DNA of 63,963 nt, counting the filler, from Thelocarpon superellum (lineage: Eukaryota): assembly GCA_026025795.1 (NCBI GenBank). It is 4 parts of 4 records of this genome, joined end to end, with 100 filler letters (N's around TTAATTAATTAA, not from the genome) between each part and the next. Parts side by side here need not be neighbours in the genome. Positions count along the whole stretch, not along the records: positions 18,048 to 35,924 come from JAPEUG010000368.1; 3 more parts are not named here. One strand, written 5' to 3'. The notes beneath the pieces were generated by a model that was not told where the DNA came from, did no database searches, and worked only from the letters and a program-made list of their open reading frames with translations. The first letter of the stretch is position 1. Each line of letters opens with the position of its first letter. A program made the position numbers and the translations under genes. Positions 23,401 to 35,388 of this stretch are shown in pieces.

Positions 23401-26222
23401 CTACTCCTCTGTGCTGTTGCTGTCTGTCGACGAGGTGCCCAGGTCTTCGCTTGAGAACCCACTACCCCCTCCTACCGTCGCTGCCGAGCTGCCAGCCGGC
23501 AGCTCTTCCGCGAACAAGGGCGCCACGTGTCGGTCAAACTCGCTTTCGCGCTCGGCGATCGTCTCCGGGTCGAGCTCGCGCGCCGCCGCGAGGAAGTCGA
23601 TGGAGGAGCTAGAGCCATCCGGCGCCGGGTCAGACGTCGAGCACGATGGGTGCGAATGTTTTGTTGCAGGACGCATCGCCGACGCATGAGACGCCCTCAC
23701 GTCCACATCGCTCGAGCCCGAGCCCGAGGCTTTCGCGGCCGGGTTATCGCTGCTGCTGGCCCACGACGACTGGAGACCGTCGTCCGACGAAGATAATGAG
23801 AGGAGCATGGTTGCTTCCGGTAGCGCCGCTGGCGGTAGAGGGATCATGCGAGATCGAAGGACTTCCGTGACGAGGGGCGTGCAATGTTTCTGCGATCGCA
23901 CTAGGGCGTCCGACCGGGCTGTTGAAAGGATCCGGACGTGTGCCGCGGTCGGACGCGTCGGTGTGTGCTGAATCCGCGCCAGCCGAGTGTCCACCACGAC
24001 GGCGAAGTTGTCCATCGGTCGCACTCCTCCCACCCCTGACGCTTCCAAGCGTACGAGGGATGCCTTGGTAAGGGAATCTGGATCACCTGAGTCCGCGATG
24101 ACGGGCGATGTCATGCCAGCGATCATGCCGACCTTGTCCATCCACGCCTGGTCCTCCGCTTCGTCGATCACTTTGTCCCACCCCTGGAGCCGGTTCTCGA
24201 GGGCTTCCTCGGGTCCGGAGGTGGTCCCGACCGACGGCTGCCCGATCACCGCCACCGCAAGCACCTCGTAGGGGGGTGGGGCAGAATAGCGGATGTCCCC
24301 ACTCAGATCGGTACAGAACATGACCTTCTGGTAGAAAGTCAAGGGGCCGCCGAGACGTGCTCGATCTCGCGACTGGGAGCTCCGTCTCTCCGAAGCGGCG
24401 GCCACCCCGGATCGTGAGGTGACGGGCGCGCCGGTTCGCTCGTCGCCCGCATCCCACGACATGACCGAGTCTTCTACCAATTCATCCCACGCCTCGCCGT
24501 CGTCGGGATAGTGCGCGCGGGGGAAGAGCGGGTGGTAGGGGATCGTCGGCTCGTCCACGTGTTGCACCGTGAGCGGCGCCATGGCTCGCCGCGCGTTCCG
24601 CTCTCCGTTCGATGCGGCGGGCGTGTGGCGCGCGGCATGAGCCTCCGACGCGTCATCGGATTCCGATTCCATCTGAGGACGGCGCAAGATTGGGAGGCCG
24701 TGATGGGTTTTGCGCCGCTTGTGTGAGGCGAGGTATTCGGCGTCGTCGGCAGCGCGCAATTTGCGACTTGAGAGACCCTTGGTGTGGTCGAGGTCGGAGC
24801 CGGCATGCGAGCGCTCCAGGCTGCCTTCCCAGCGTACTTTCCGACCATCCGACGACAGCTTCAGCCTCGAGCGACAGTCCACTAGCGCCTTCCGCACGAA
24901 CTCCTGCGTCACGTTGATCGTATGCAGCTGTGCCATGTTGGTCAGAAGGTTGAGGTAGATCCACCCTGAGGACCCGTCACCGACGCTCTCATCGTCCGCG
25001 CCAGTCGGAGAGAGGCCCAAGTGGCGGATGTATCCGAGGCTGTCGGCCGGACGTGTCGTGCGAGACTGATCCAGGTCGAGGAGCCGAGTGGGCCGTTGTT
25101 CGGGACCCACGTCGGCCAGCCCCGGTCCCACCCCTCCAGCTGACAATGCCAGGGCGAGATCCATGCTGTCGGCGACGGGGCCGGCCGACGCTCCCGTGGC
25201 TGGCCACATGCGCGCCTCCCGTAAGCCTTCCCCGGCATCACGCGGGCCCCGAGCCTCAGTGGCCGACCGTGGCATCTCGGGCTGCGGCGGGTGTAGCTGC
25301 GGGCCCTGGACATGGTCTTTCCGCTCCGGCGACTGCTCCGTGAAGAGCTGCTCGAGCTTCTGGACCACGAGCGCCTGCTTTACCACCTCGGTCATGACGG
25401 ATGACGTCTGAGGTCGGAGGCCAGCCGGCACATCGGATAGGTGGGACTGCAGCTGGTGCTCCTTCGTCCCCACGTGCTGCGAGAACCGCCCGGGCTCCGA
25501 GCCGTGTCGAACCCCGGCACCGGACGCGGACATGGACGCATACGCCGAGTCGTGTGGCCGCGAATGATTGGTGGAGACGGAGGAGGGGTGGAGCGAGGGC
25601 CGAGTATCGGCGGCGCGCCGTGGAAGCTGCGAGTCGCACGAGGAGCTGGTGGGTGGGGTGCCGGCGCCGAGGCGGAGGGCAAAGCTGCGGAGCGTCTCTT
25701 CCAGTTCCAGTTTCTTCGCCGGCGTGAGCCCATACACGCGCACTTCGAACAAGCGATCATCTTGAAGGTGTCGATACGACCGCTGCTCATACCGCCTCAA
25801 TCGCAGTCGCATCCGCTTGTTTTGGACCGTCAGGTCATCGATAATGCTCCGAAAGCCCTCGCTAGAGTCATCGCTTGAAGCCCGGTTGGGCGAACGGGGG
25901 CGGGAATGATGAGCGAGGATAGAGTCGTGCAGCGAGCCCTCCGATGGCACGGCTCGCGCGCTCACGTCGTCGTCCGATGGATCGCGTCCCGGGAAATAAA
26001 ACGGAGGATCATCTGGTGGGCCGGAAGATCAGTATGATCCCGTCCCGCGGGTCAGGCTTACGACGTACCGGGGACGAGGGAAGAGGTCCGATTATGTCGG
26101 ACGTTCTGATTGGTCTCTCGAAACCACCGCTCCGCACTGTGCTGACTCCCCGTCTTGATGGCCGCAGATGTGTCGACGAGGCCCGGCGCCGGACGAGTGG
26201 AGGAGGGGGAAGAGGAAGCCAT
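23401..26222 (-). CDS. frq: FREQUENCY circadian clock protein (~921 aa; exons 26222-26069 and 26012-23401)
   Basis: WF..TNQN, DPPFY across the splice, coiled coil FRSIIDDLTVQNKRMR..L, LFEVRVYGL..KK.ELEETLRSFA, LVVQKLEQLFT, PEQRPTR.LDLD, GWIYLNLLTNMAQLH, LEASGVGGV.P.DNF. These blocks match Neurospora FRQ. The start codon choice is an inference. Confidence 0.92.
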
Positions 26223-26359
26223 TCGGGGAGGTCCCTGGTGTGCCAACCGAGGCGATATTGAGCGGACCGGCGGGCATATGGATGCGTCGGCGGCGAAATG
26301 GCAAGCAGAAGCGTCGGCTTGCAACGGCACGCCTGCTCGATCTCGACGAAGGTGCCAGC

Positions 26360-27397
26360 CGATCGCGGGAGGGGTCACGAGTGAGAGCGACCCATGCCTG
26401 GCACCCAAGCCGGGACGGATGGAGGAGAAAATAGGAGGCCGGCCAAAGCCAGGCCAGTTTCCGCGTCGGTGAGGGCGGCGGGGGGGTGAAGAGGCTCACG
26501 ACGTAAGAGTGCCAGCGCGCCCGGCCGCGACGATGTGACGGCGCGTCGATCGATGATAACGAAGCTCCGGAGATGCCAAGAGCCGCCCCAGTCGTGGCCG
26601 CCACAGGTACTGCGGGTGCAGCACAAGGGTATGTGGCCACGAGGAGGACTGAGAACGCAACGGTCGATCCGTCGGTCGGTCCGTCGGTCTGGGGCGGCGG
26701 GGTATGGAGTACAAGGTAGGGTGGCGGGGATTCTCAGCGGCTCGAATCCGATCGGCGACGAGCCACCCCCAATGAAATGCTTGGGAGGTGTGGAGGCATC
26801 TCCGTGCGGACAGGGTGCCGGAAGAAGCTCCTGTGATGCAATGTTGCTCGGCGTGCAGAGCTGGATTTTTGACCTGTCGCACGGCGGATGGCGGTGGGGA
26901 CCTGGGTCTAGTTCGGATTCTGACCGTCAGGGTCCGGGGGGCCCGGTGGCGACGGCAGTCGTAATGGTAAGGCTGGAGGGACGTCTGAGCCTGCCCACGA
27001 ATCCTGTCTGGTCGGTCTGTCGCCGTGCTTGCCTCGTATTCGTGCTGGTCCCTTAACGGACGTCCTGGAACGAGTCTCCCATCGGGGCCATCGGGGCGGC
27101 GGCGGCATGGCGATCGGGCAGATCCCGCACATAGCATGAGGCGCGCGTCGTGCTGCCGGGTGGGTGGGTGGCACTGGGCGCGGGGCGGCGCGGTAGGTGC
27201 TGCGCGCGAGAGACCGGATGCGCTGTGGGTAGAAGAAGCAGGAAGCAAGAAGGTCGAGAATGGTGCCAAAAGTTCGATCGCAAGCCCATTAGCGAAGCGG
27301 TGCAGATCGGGGTCGCTTAGGGCGGGGCGGCGTTGGAGCTCAATGATACTGTCGCCGGATAGTTAGATGGACGTGATCGGTGATCGGCAACCGATCG
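26360..27397. promoter_or_regulatory. Cluster of CGATCG/GATCG motifs upstream of frq; candidate White Collar Complex light/clock elements
   Basis: CGATCG at 26360, 26547, 26749, 27111, 27275 and 27392; tandem GATCG-GT-GATCG at 27375-27386. Confidence 0.5.
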
Positions 27398-27634
27398 CGT
27401 CGGTCCCTTGCCGGGTTCCTGCCGAGCGTGTGCCAGACTCGGGCGAGCCTGGGAATCGTCTCCTCAGATGCGTGGTGCCCTGGGACAGCCGAGCTCCTGG
27501 GCTCCTTTCCTTAGGCGCCTGCGCCGCCGAGGAGCAATATCCTTTGACCTGTGTGAGTCTAGGATTGCTGAGGTCTCCGGACCATTATTCTCCCAGGAGG
27601 TGTGTTGTCCCGGGACGAGTATTCGTGGGACCAG

Positions 27635-27709
27635 CTCCCGACAGTGCTGGCTCCCAGGAGCCAGCACTGGAGCCCTACCAGCACTGTCGGGAGTCGGTGC
27701 TGGCTCCTG
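27635..27709. repeat. Nested perfect inverted repeats (16-, 13- and 13-bp stems)
   Basis: 27635-27650/27678-27693, 27642-27654/27657-27669 and 27655-27667/27697-27709 are exact reverse complements. Confidence 0.9.
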
Positions 27710-27991
27710 TGGGCAAGTTGGTCCACGATCAAGGACGAGTTGCCAGGCGACGACATTGTGGCGCCTGTGTCGTTCCTCTGTCCTGCTTTCCATATGAAAA
27801 GAGACATTGACGAGCCTCTGACAGTGATCATAACTTTTACATTCGCGTGTCCAGTAATGGAGCAGATATTGTATAGCATTCCTTTTTCTAGCATCGATGG
27901 AGTTGACTGTCACAATGTGGGAGCGGTAAAACCCCGACATTTTGGGTCGCATGTGTCCCTCAATGAATATTGAGACCGCTCATCCTCGGTG

Positions 27992-28081
27992 TGTAGGAAT
28001 CAGAGCTGAAATGCTAATCTACGCGTAGTCGGGATAGTGATAGGAGTGGGCACGTGACCAGATCACGTGCGCGCTCCTACA
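27992..28081 (+). mobile_element. 90-bp dispersed element, family A copy 1 (TGTAGGA...TCCTACA termini, 4-bp TSD GGTG)
   Basis: Highly similar to 44087-44177. 7-bp terminal inverted repeat; GGTG at 27988-27991 and 28082-28085; internal palindrome with two CACGTG. Confidence 0.75.
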
Positions 28082-29206
28082 GGTGCAATACTACCAGTTT
28101 CCATCACTTCCTTAGAGGCATTTGCCCGCAGTCTCATGAACGCAAATTCCCCTAAGCCGTGGGTCAGGAAGATGCAGGTGACATCACAGCCTTACTGTTG
28201 AGGGACTGACAGGGTTTCTAACGTGCTCACCTGTGCGAGGCAAGCCAGGTGGAGGAGAGCTGATGGTGCGAGAAGGGCAGGGAAGCGAGCCATCATGAAT
28301 AAGCTTGCAGCGTCTTGAGAGGTGAAGTTGAGGTAGGCAGGAATTCAATAAGTTGTCGGACTTTGAACATTCTTTTTCCAGCAGGATGGGATGCGCTATC
28401 CCACATCAAATGGCTGCCATGTCTCATGCTGTTTAGCATCACGTAGAAATCTAGTAGCATGATGGTTTGCTACAGGTCCAAAACTCACGCAGTTGATGCG
28501 CATCAGCTTCTGCTTGACAAATGCATGATCCTTTGGCATGATTCAAGACTATCTATAGTTCGCATAGTGACCAGAGACCAAAATAAAGTACACTCAATCA
28601 GTAGTAGTCTCAGGTGCTCCCTCGTTCGCCGTTTCTCAACGTGTCCATAGCCCGCGATCGATCGTGAGCAGCCAACATCCTTGCGCACCACCCCTCGGCC
28701 AGTATGGCTAGGCGGTCTGACCCGTTGACCCGTAATTTGTACCCATGGGTTCGTCCAGATTACTAATATCAGGCCACCTCCAACCGTACCGTGTGCGAAG
28801 GGTTTACTCGTAAGACGCAGCGATGGGCAAGTTGTATCCTCGATCCACAGCATTCGCGAGGCCAAACCCAATCACAGTCAACGACCAACGATCTAGCACG
28901 TGACTTTACGGTGGGACCAGGTCTTCGTAAACCACGGTTGTACATCGCCGATGGTTCGGTTTTGCAGGACTCGGCGATCGGAGCTATTGTGATTACATCA
29001 GCCCCACCAAGTCGGCCATCGCAATATCTTCGGCTCCTGATTTCATAACGATGATGGAGCTAGTGGACACATCAGTTAGGGCACCTCATGTCATATCCCC
29101 TTCCAGACCACCGAAGGCGCCCTGCATGCGGATGAACGCTCATTACGTGGTATTGCGGGACGGGGATTTCCGCGAACGCGACTTGGAGATAGCTTCTTAC
29201 TGATCC

Positions 29207-31254
29207 TCAGTCCTGCGGGAACGTACCCGGATGACCTTCCTCGGCCGGTTCGTCACCCTCTTCATCACGGGGCAGTTGCACGCCCAGGAGGCCTAGCAGA
29301 TTTCCCCCGGGCCCGGGCATGCCTGCCTGGCTTTTAAAGCTCTCTAGCAGATTCTTCGCCAGGTTTAGGTCGATCTCCACCTCGTCCGGCTCGTCCACCT
29401 CCGACGCATCGTCGTCGTCATTACCCTCAGGCGTGCGCGCGTTGTATCGACTTCCATTAGATGGTGGCTGTCCGCGTGGGGCTTTTTCGCGGGTTTTGAT
29501 CTTCGTAGGCCTGTAATCGAGATTCAGTGCGCCAGCTTCGTTCAATTCCGCCGCCATCTGCTTCATGACCTCCTGTAACGAGTCCTGGCCGTCGCTTTCG
29601 TCGCTCTCGTCTTCCATATCGCCGCTCGCCGTCCGAGCACGCGAGGCGTCGGGGGGCCGGGTCTCGACTGGTGCTTGAGGTCCGCTGGCGAGATCTTGGG
29701 CCGGCATGCCCATCATCTCTCGCATCAAACGTCCAAATTCGTGCTCATCGAAGGATACTTCTTTATCCTCGCCATCGTCGCTGGCGTCGCTGCTGAGATC
29801 GTCGTCGTCGTCGTCATCCATGTCCATGTCGTCCGTGATCTCAGCGCCTTCCGCTCCCGCAGCGTCATCATTAAGAAATTGTTCGAAGCGTTCCACCATC
29901 TTGCGGAGATCCTCCTCCGTGGCACCATCTCGAAACGCAGCTTTGCCTTCCTTCGCGCCCGCGCCCTGTCCGGACAGGGTCCGCTCAAAGTCCGCAAAGT
30001 TGACGTTCAGCCAACTCTCATCGTCGTCGCCTTGCGCCCATGTCGCGATGAGAGAGTCAGAGGGAAGTGAGGTATCGCCCTGGACAATCAAGTCTATCAT
30101 TTGGTGGACGGTCTTGACCACCGGTTGCTCGCGATGTTGAGGATCCGCGAGCAACATCTCAAAAGCGCATGTGACGCGCATGCCCAATTCCGCGCGTGCT
30201 GACTCTTTCGGCGAAGCATCGGCCGGTAAAACATCGGCCCAGATGGATGGGGGCGAAAAGTGTTGACTCTTGACCTGAGCGAAGCCTACTTTCGTGAAGA
30301 TAGCGGAGACAGTGACTAGATCACGAGGGGGAAATCGCAGCCCTTGCACGCCGCTGGCCGCCGCGTTTTGCAAGGGGCGGGTGGCGATGGGATCGCGGAG
30401 GAAGAATGCGTCGGTCGCCAAAGCGATGAATGCCGGGTGTTCATGCAGAATGCCAGCCAAGAGGCGTGGAATCGTGAGACGTGCATGGTGTAGATTTTTA
30501 GAAATCTGCGCGGGATAATGACGGAGGCGGTAGAAGGCCTCTGCCTCGACAAAGGTAGAATGGGTGATGGCAGACGAATTCTCGGAAAGAGCACGCAGCG
30601 CCGCAGCCAGAGATAGGTTGCGAGAAACCGGGGTGTCTCGAGCTTTCTCGGCGGTTTGCTCAGGGGGCGAGATGATCATCAAGCGGCCGTTGTTCAGCCA
30701 CACCTGTGTCGGATGTCAGTACATAGAGCGCCGCTCGAACATGATGGCCAACTCACACGATTGTCGGCCACCTCAGGGTTCAGCCAGCGAGGCAAGGCTT
30801 GGGCCGCTTCGACCAGGAGGAATTGGCCGTCGCTGTCGACGACTCTGGTCCAGGCGCGATGAAACTTCTTGCCAAGCTCGAGCAATAGGTAGACCACCAG
30901 CCATTCATCTTCAATCGCGTCGCCATAGTGGGTGCGACCATGGAGGAAGGTCAGACCTGCGTACCAAATCAGTTCTTAGTCGTCCCAGTCGTCTAGTCGT
31001 AGCAAACCGTCTTCCGTTTGCACATCAAGTCGGAATGCATCTCGCTGCCAGATATAATTGCGCAGAAGTTTCTCTGAAAGCTCGGCCGCGGCGACTCGGA
31101 TGAGCTCGAGTTGTGCATGTAGCTCAGGACCGGAGCACGTGGTGTCCACGATGAAAATGGAATACTCCACCGAATCTTCCGACAGGTTCTTGGGAAATCC
31201 ATCAAAGCCTTCCCCAAACCATTTCAAATCGTCCCGCGGTGGCGCCGCGGCCAT
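29207..31254 (-). CDS. SGT1/ecdysoneless (Ecd)-family protein, 3 exons
   Basis: WFGEGFDGFPK.L.ED.VEY, YIWQRDAF, DEWLVVYLL, DGQFLLVEAA..LP.WL.PE...NRVW, DDDESWL.VNF.DFE, NLAKNLLESFKSQAG.PGPGGNL. Confidence 0.85.
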
Positions 31255-31564
31255 CCCGACTTTCTCCGTTGCCTTTGATGAAGCGGAGAGGGTCTCAAGG
31301 ACGACGAGAAATGGAATATGACAACAGCATAGCTCATCAATTTCCTATGCTCTGAATAACGACGGGGCCCATCAGGACGTACTGGAGTTGGAGCATGTAT
31401 TCCGGAAGCAGTGGGAAATTACGCATGCCCACCTAGTCCCGCAACGGTATCACAGAGCTCTGTCCTGGTTAGCTAGGATGAGAAATAGATGTTGTGGTTT
31501 GCCTCCGTCGCCGTCGTCAGGATCCGCAGCTCCAACTCATTTGACGTCCGGTTCATTCTCGTCA

Positions 31565-31598
31565 TCACGTGCGATAGCGAAAGGCGAAGTCACGTGAG
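31565..31598. promoter_or_regulatory. Paired TCACGTG (Cbf1-type bHLH E-box) sites in the divergent Ecd/alpha-tubulin promoter
   Basis: ATCACGTGC and GTCACGTGA about 25 bp apart within a 576-bp head-to-head intergenic region. Confidence 0.45.
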
Positions 31599-31830
31599 AC
31601 AAATTACGCACTAACGGATGGGCGATAAACAAGCGAAATGCGATTCAGGAGGCACACAATCTCCAAATCCGCTGTGCCCCACTACTCCCCTATTGTGCCC
31701 ATCTGTGCATCAGGCTGGACTCCGCGTACTGCCTCCAGCCCACCAGCACGCACCGTTGCCTCATCGCCGGCCGAGCCTGTCAGCATCATCCCTTCCATCT
31801 GACTCCCATTCTTTCCCGCATCGCGCAATC

Positions 31831-33621
31831 ATGAGGGGCGAGGTCAGTGGCCTGTCGGCGTGCAGTGGCTATGGAGGGTGCATGCGACGCGTCTCACCGC
31901 CTAGCGGGCCCACTACACCGTCACACCTTCCAACCCAGTGGACTGACCTCTCCGCTCATCTAGGTCTGTCACATCCACATCGGGCAAGCTGGAACACAGC
32001 TCGGCAACAGTGCATGGGAGCTGTGAGTATGCTCCGGTCCTGGCCGAACTTCGGCGCCAGGAATGGTAAGTCCTGGTGGCTGCTAATAAGGAACATTTTG
32101 GTAGTTACCTCCTCGAGCATGGCCTGAAAGCCGACGGACGCCTGGACGCCGAGGCGACGGACATTGGTGAACCAGGCTCTTTCGAGACCTTCTTCACCGA
32201 GACGGGCAATGGCAAATATGTCCCGCGTTCTATCTTTGTCGACCTTGACCCGTCGGTAAGGCTCGCCGAATCTCCTCCCCGAAAGCATCCAGAAGCTCAT
32301 TGCTGGGTAGCCCATCGACGAGATCCGCACCGGACCCTACCGTCAACTCTTTCACCCGGAGCTCCTGATCAGTGGCAAGGAAGACGCCGCCAATAACTGT
32401 GAGCTGCTGTCCTGATGATGAGTGGAGAGTGCAAGGCTGAGACTGGCTTCACAGACGCCCGTGGTCACTACACCATCGGCAAGGAGTTGGTTGACAGCGT
32501 GATCGATCGGATTCGTCGTGTGGCAGGTAGGAAGGGCGGGCAGGAGTGTCCGGTGACGTGGACTCACTGATCGACAGACAACTGTGCCTCGCTTCAGGGC
32601 TTCCTCATCTTCCACTCGTTCGGCGGCGGCACTGGGTCAGGCTTTGGCGCTCTGCTTCTGGAACGCTTGTCGACGGATTATGGCAAGAAGTGCAAGCTTG
32701 AGTTTGCTGTCTATCCGGCTCCTCGCGTGTCGACGGCGGTGGTGGAACCGTACAACGCGGTACTCTCGACCCACAGCACCATCGAGAATTCGGACTGCAC
32801 CTTCTTGGTGGACAATGAGGCGGTCTATGACATCTGCCGTCGGAACTTGGACATTCCCCGGCCTGGCTACGAACACCTGAACCGGCTGATTGCGCAGGTG
32901 GTGAGCTCCATCACGTCCAGTCTGCGCTTCGATGGCGCGCTCAACGTCGACCTGAACGAGTTCCAAACCAACCTGGTGCCGTACCCTCGGATCCACTACC
33001 CGCTCATTAGCTACGCGCCCGTCATCTCCAGCAACAAGAGTTCGCACGAGAGCTTCAAGGTGTCGGACTTGACCTTCCAATGTGAGATCCCTTCCGGCCC
33101 AAATGGTCCGAGCGCCTACACAAGCGCTCTCTGAGACTGACACGAGCACAGGCTTCGAGCCGAACAACCAGATGGTGGTCTGTGACCCCCGTAATGGCAA
33201 GTACATGGCCGTGGCGCTCCTCTACCGTGGCGACGTGGTGCCGCGTGACTGCACGGCGGCTGTGGCGGCCCTCAAGGCCCGGGCATCCTTCAACCTGGTG
33301 GAGTGGTGCCCTACGGGCTTCAAGCTCGGCATCAACTACCAGAAGCCGATGCGGGTCCCAGGCGGTGAACTGGCGCCGGTCGACCGCTCGGTCAGTATGC
33401 TGTCCAACACGACGGCGATTGCCGAGGCGTGGAGCCGATTGGACCACAAGTTCGACCTCATGTACTCCAAGCGCGCCTTTGTCCACTGGTACGTGGGCGA
33501 GGGAATGGAGGAAGGTGAGTTTAGCGAGGCGCGAGAAGATCTGGCCGCGCTGGAGAAGGACTACGAGGAGGTGGCCAGCGACAGCGCCGATCCGGAAGGT
33601 CTCGAGGAGGGCGAGTATTAG
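31831..33621 (+). CDS. tubB: Alpha-tubulin, divergent alpha-2 (tubB-like) paralog, multi-exon
   Basis: [72 protein letters not shown]-terminal EEGEY. Confidence 0.95.
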
Positions 33622-34258
33622 GGTGGCTCACATCGGGAGGACGTCGGACCCGGACACGGACACGGACATGGTGGCGAGACGAGAGTTTGGCTTTGGATGC
33701 GCCGTCGTGATCCGATGTCTCCCTGCCGCGGTGCCATCTTGTCATCTCACGTCCCACTGTCGTTTCTCATCACCCCCATTTCCTTGGTTTCCCAGCCCCA
33801 CCACTTCCCACTGACCAAATTGACTCCTTTTCTAAACCCCATCTCTTTCTTACCCTTCCCAATACAATCCCACTTCATCTTCCATGGAAAGAATAAGCAC
33901 GAAAGCGAGCAAGCGAGAAAGAGTGACCATGTGAGAAAAACGAACGCCAGGCAACTACCTTCCTACCTACCGGACCGATGATTCGTAAAGAAATTGACAC
34001 CTTTCTCTACCACGCCTGGTCCTGCAAACCAGGCAATCGGGGCCTTCACCTCCGCTATTCCGTAGATGAACGAGTCCCTCAGATCTGGAACCGGGAGGTG
34101 ACACTTGAATGTTATCCATTGGAAATCCAAGGTATCGTGACTGCTGTACACGCTAGATCTTCCTGGACTCTCTGCAGGATGTAAGAAAGTACGTGTCTTG
34201 CCTCCGTCCCTCTCTTCGCCTTCAGCCTGCCCTACATCATCTCACCACCCCCTCTTCC

Positions 34259-35101
34259 TCATCGCCGTTTCGATCTCGGTGTCTTCGCCTCTCCGCCGCT
34301 TCCACTACCGCTCTTGACCGACGCTCCAGACGTAGTCGCGGTCGCATTGTCCGCGGCGAGATGATCCACCGCACTCAAAACGGCCTCAGGCTTTCTAGCA
34401 CCACCCTTGGCATTGTTCGGGTCCGCCCTTCCAATCACGGGGACTTCACTCGCCAGCCAGCGCTGGAAGGGCAGGGCGACGAAATGACCATCCTCGTCGA
34501 ACCATCGCGTGAACGGCGCTTCTAACTCACGCGTCTCCCATTTCTGACTGCTTCCGCTTCGGTAGCGCGCGTGGAGGTGATACAGGGGACTGTGCTTGTC
34601 GCTCCGAGTTGTGATTTCGAGCTGTAGGTAGGAAAGTGCTCAGTCCCGGCCTAGTGAACCGTCATTGGGCGGGGGGGAGAGGGGAGAAAAGGGCCAACCT
34701 CCGCGCCGTTCCCTCCACCCACGAAGATCCGCCCAGCCTCCACCGCCCAGATCCAATACGTCAATGCAGTGTTGAGGGCAAAGTAGACGATGGTAGTATA
34801 GAAGGTGAGATGCTTGGTGGCGTCCCAGCCTTGTCGATAGTCGAGGTAGAAAGTCACGCCTGCGATCACCACGGCAGTGTAGCCCAGCGCTAGGCGTACG
34901 TCGGTGTAGAAATGCGACTGCTTGAAGGAGACGGAGGTCAGATAGGCGGGGAGAGCGTCGTCGGTGGTGTTTTTCAGATCTAGCGTTGCGATGCCACGGC
35001 GTCAGCTGTGGATTCATTCGTCATGTCGTTGCACTGAGCGCAAGCCCATGCGCAAGTTCACCTGGTGTGGAGTAGAGCGCTATCTTTGGAGATTGCGCCA
35101 T
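34259..35101 (-). CDS. SPC2: Signal peptidase complex subunit 2 (SPC25 family), 3 exons
   Basis: DLKNTTDDALP.YL, TDVRLALGY, two TM helices, PFTRWFDEDG.FV..PFQRWL. The last exon 34621-34259 was read manually and is in frame. Confidence 0.88.
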
Positions 35102-35388
35102 GGTGTCGTTGTGGTGCGAGGAAGACGTGCACTCGGATGGGAGATTTAGAACCTGTACAGCTATTGTTCAAGCATCTTTCAATCGTACTGTTGACTTGAT
35201 CTCAATCAACTCGTTGCAGCTTTCGGGCTCGTGCCTCCCGCCGTCAAACGACAAAGGTGGTCGGATGTGGTACGGGCTGACATAAGCAACGAACTTCCAG
35301 GATCGCGGAGCTTCAAGTACGAGTCTGTCCCCAAGCATACGATCGAATACGCCCAGTCAATCGCGTCGTAGGACGGAACAGAGCCAAC

